Shown here: positions 63,287 through 64,000 of the stretch, piece after piece
Layout: the number at the start of each line of letters is the position of its first letter
Numbering within the stretch: the first letter of the stretch is position 1
From: Tetramitus jugosus
Taxonomy: Eukaryota; Protista; Heterolobosea
Length of the DNA stretch: 64,000 nucleotides
Direction: 5' to 3'
Assembly: GCA_937625935.1 (NCBI GenBank)
Contig: OW569355.1
Location: forward strand, 496,001 to 560,000
The notes under the pieces: model-generated
The model's input: the letters and a program-made list of their open reading frames with translations, nothing else
Told to the model about the DNA's origin: nothing
Database searches by the model: none
Program-made: the position numbers and the translations under genes

Positions 63287-63483
63287 TGACGTCTTGTATG
63301 TATGGGGTATGAGTACTATTTCTGTTGATTACTTCTTTCAAGAAATGAAAACTTGGAGATATTCTTATTTGAGATTCCATAGTAGAACCATTTCGCGCTT
63401 CTGGGAGGACTGTAAATGGCAGACACAAACGTCGGGTCGGAAGCATTTAACACTCCGCTCAAAGAAAAAACGAGCAGAAGAAA

Positions 63484-64000
63484 ATGATATCACGAGCGGA
63501 GACCAATGACTTGGTGTTTGATGCAGTGTTTCAAGCCGTACCACAAGCCAACAATGAACAATTGCACCAATTTTGTCTCAAAAAATTTCATTCCTCTGGT
63601 TCCAAAGGATGCATCTACCTTTCATACGAGAATATGAATCAAATGCTTCACACGGATCAGCATCGCATGTCATGGAAGCCTCTATCTGCTGTGGAGGAAC
63701 TTGAAGGCCTACAGTCTACTACTACTACTTATGCAACTCAACTGATGAGTGATCTGAGGAGTTATGAGCCAGAAGATTGTTATATTTTGTTGGTGAGTTG
63801 TCCAGTGCCAACAACAAGTGCAGCAGCCAATAACAGCAATACGACTCCTGCTAACAATAATAATACTGATAAAGATCAACAAGCAAGTTCCGAAGCAGAA
63901 CAAACCACTCTCGTGTTCAAGCACAAGATTATCGATGGAAAGAGTGCAATGCAAGTGCCGCCACCAGTGATACGAGAACAGATTCTTCAAATTCCAATTT
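63484..64000 (+). CDS. Hypothetical protein, 3'-partial
   Basis: ATG 63484 (MISRAETNDLVFDAVF...) stays open to the window end. Confidence 0.5.
   Translation, partial: MISRAETNDLVFDAVFQAVPQANNEQLHQFCLKKFHSSGSKGCIYLSYENMNQMLHTDQHRMSWKPLSAVEELEGLQSTTTTYATQLMSDLRSYEPEDCYILLVSCPVPTTSAAANNSNTTPANNNNTDKDQQASSEAEQTTLVFKHKIIDGKSAMQVPPPVIREQILQIPI

Overview
Gene-dense eukaryotic nuclear DNA (standard code, short GT-AG introns, very short intergenic spaces, many Q/N/S/H-rich tracts). The actin sequence and the mix of amoeboid genes (actin, ARPC4, cofilin, Rho) and flagellar/basal-body genes (CCDC146-like, PP2A B'' gamma-like) suggest a heterolobosean amoeboflagellate related to Naegleria; this is my inference, not a database result. 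About 42 protein genes and one tRNA-Arg(ACG) are supported. Main highlights: (1) two tandem, intact genes for bacterial type VI secretion tube protein (Hcp) homologues, each with an N-terminal signal peptide, next to a secreted NamZ-type peptidoglycan exo-muramidase and a secreted vanin-like amidohydrolase; (2) a 5'-truncated non-LTR retrotransposon with poly(A) tail and 15-bp target-site duplication 43 bp upstream of the tRNA, head-to-head, like Dictyostelium TRE5, inside a rearranged 3.4-kb block that also holds a copied actin 3' end and an orphan ORF; (3) unusual fusions: 2OG-Fe(II) oxygenase/F-box/Rho GTPase, and REC/cAMP-PDE/pseudo-REC/HPt. All family calls come from motif recognition by eye; no searches were run.
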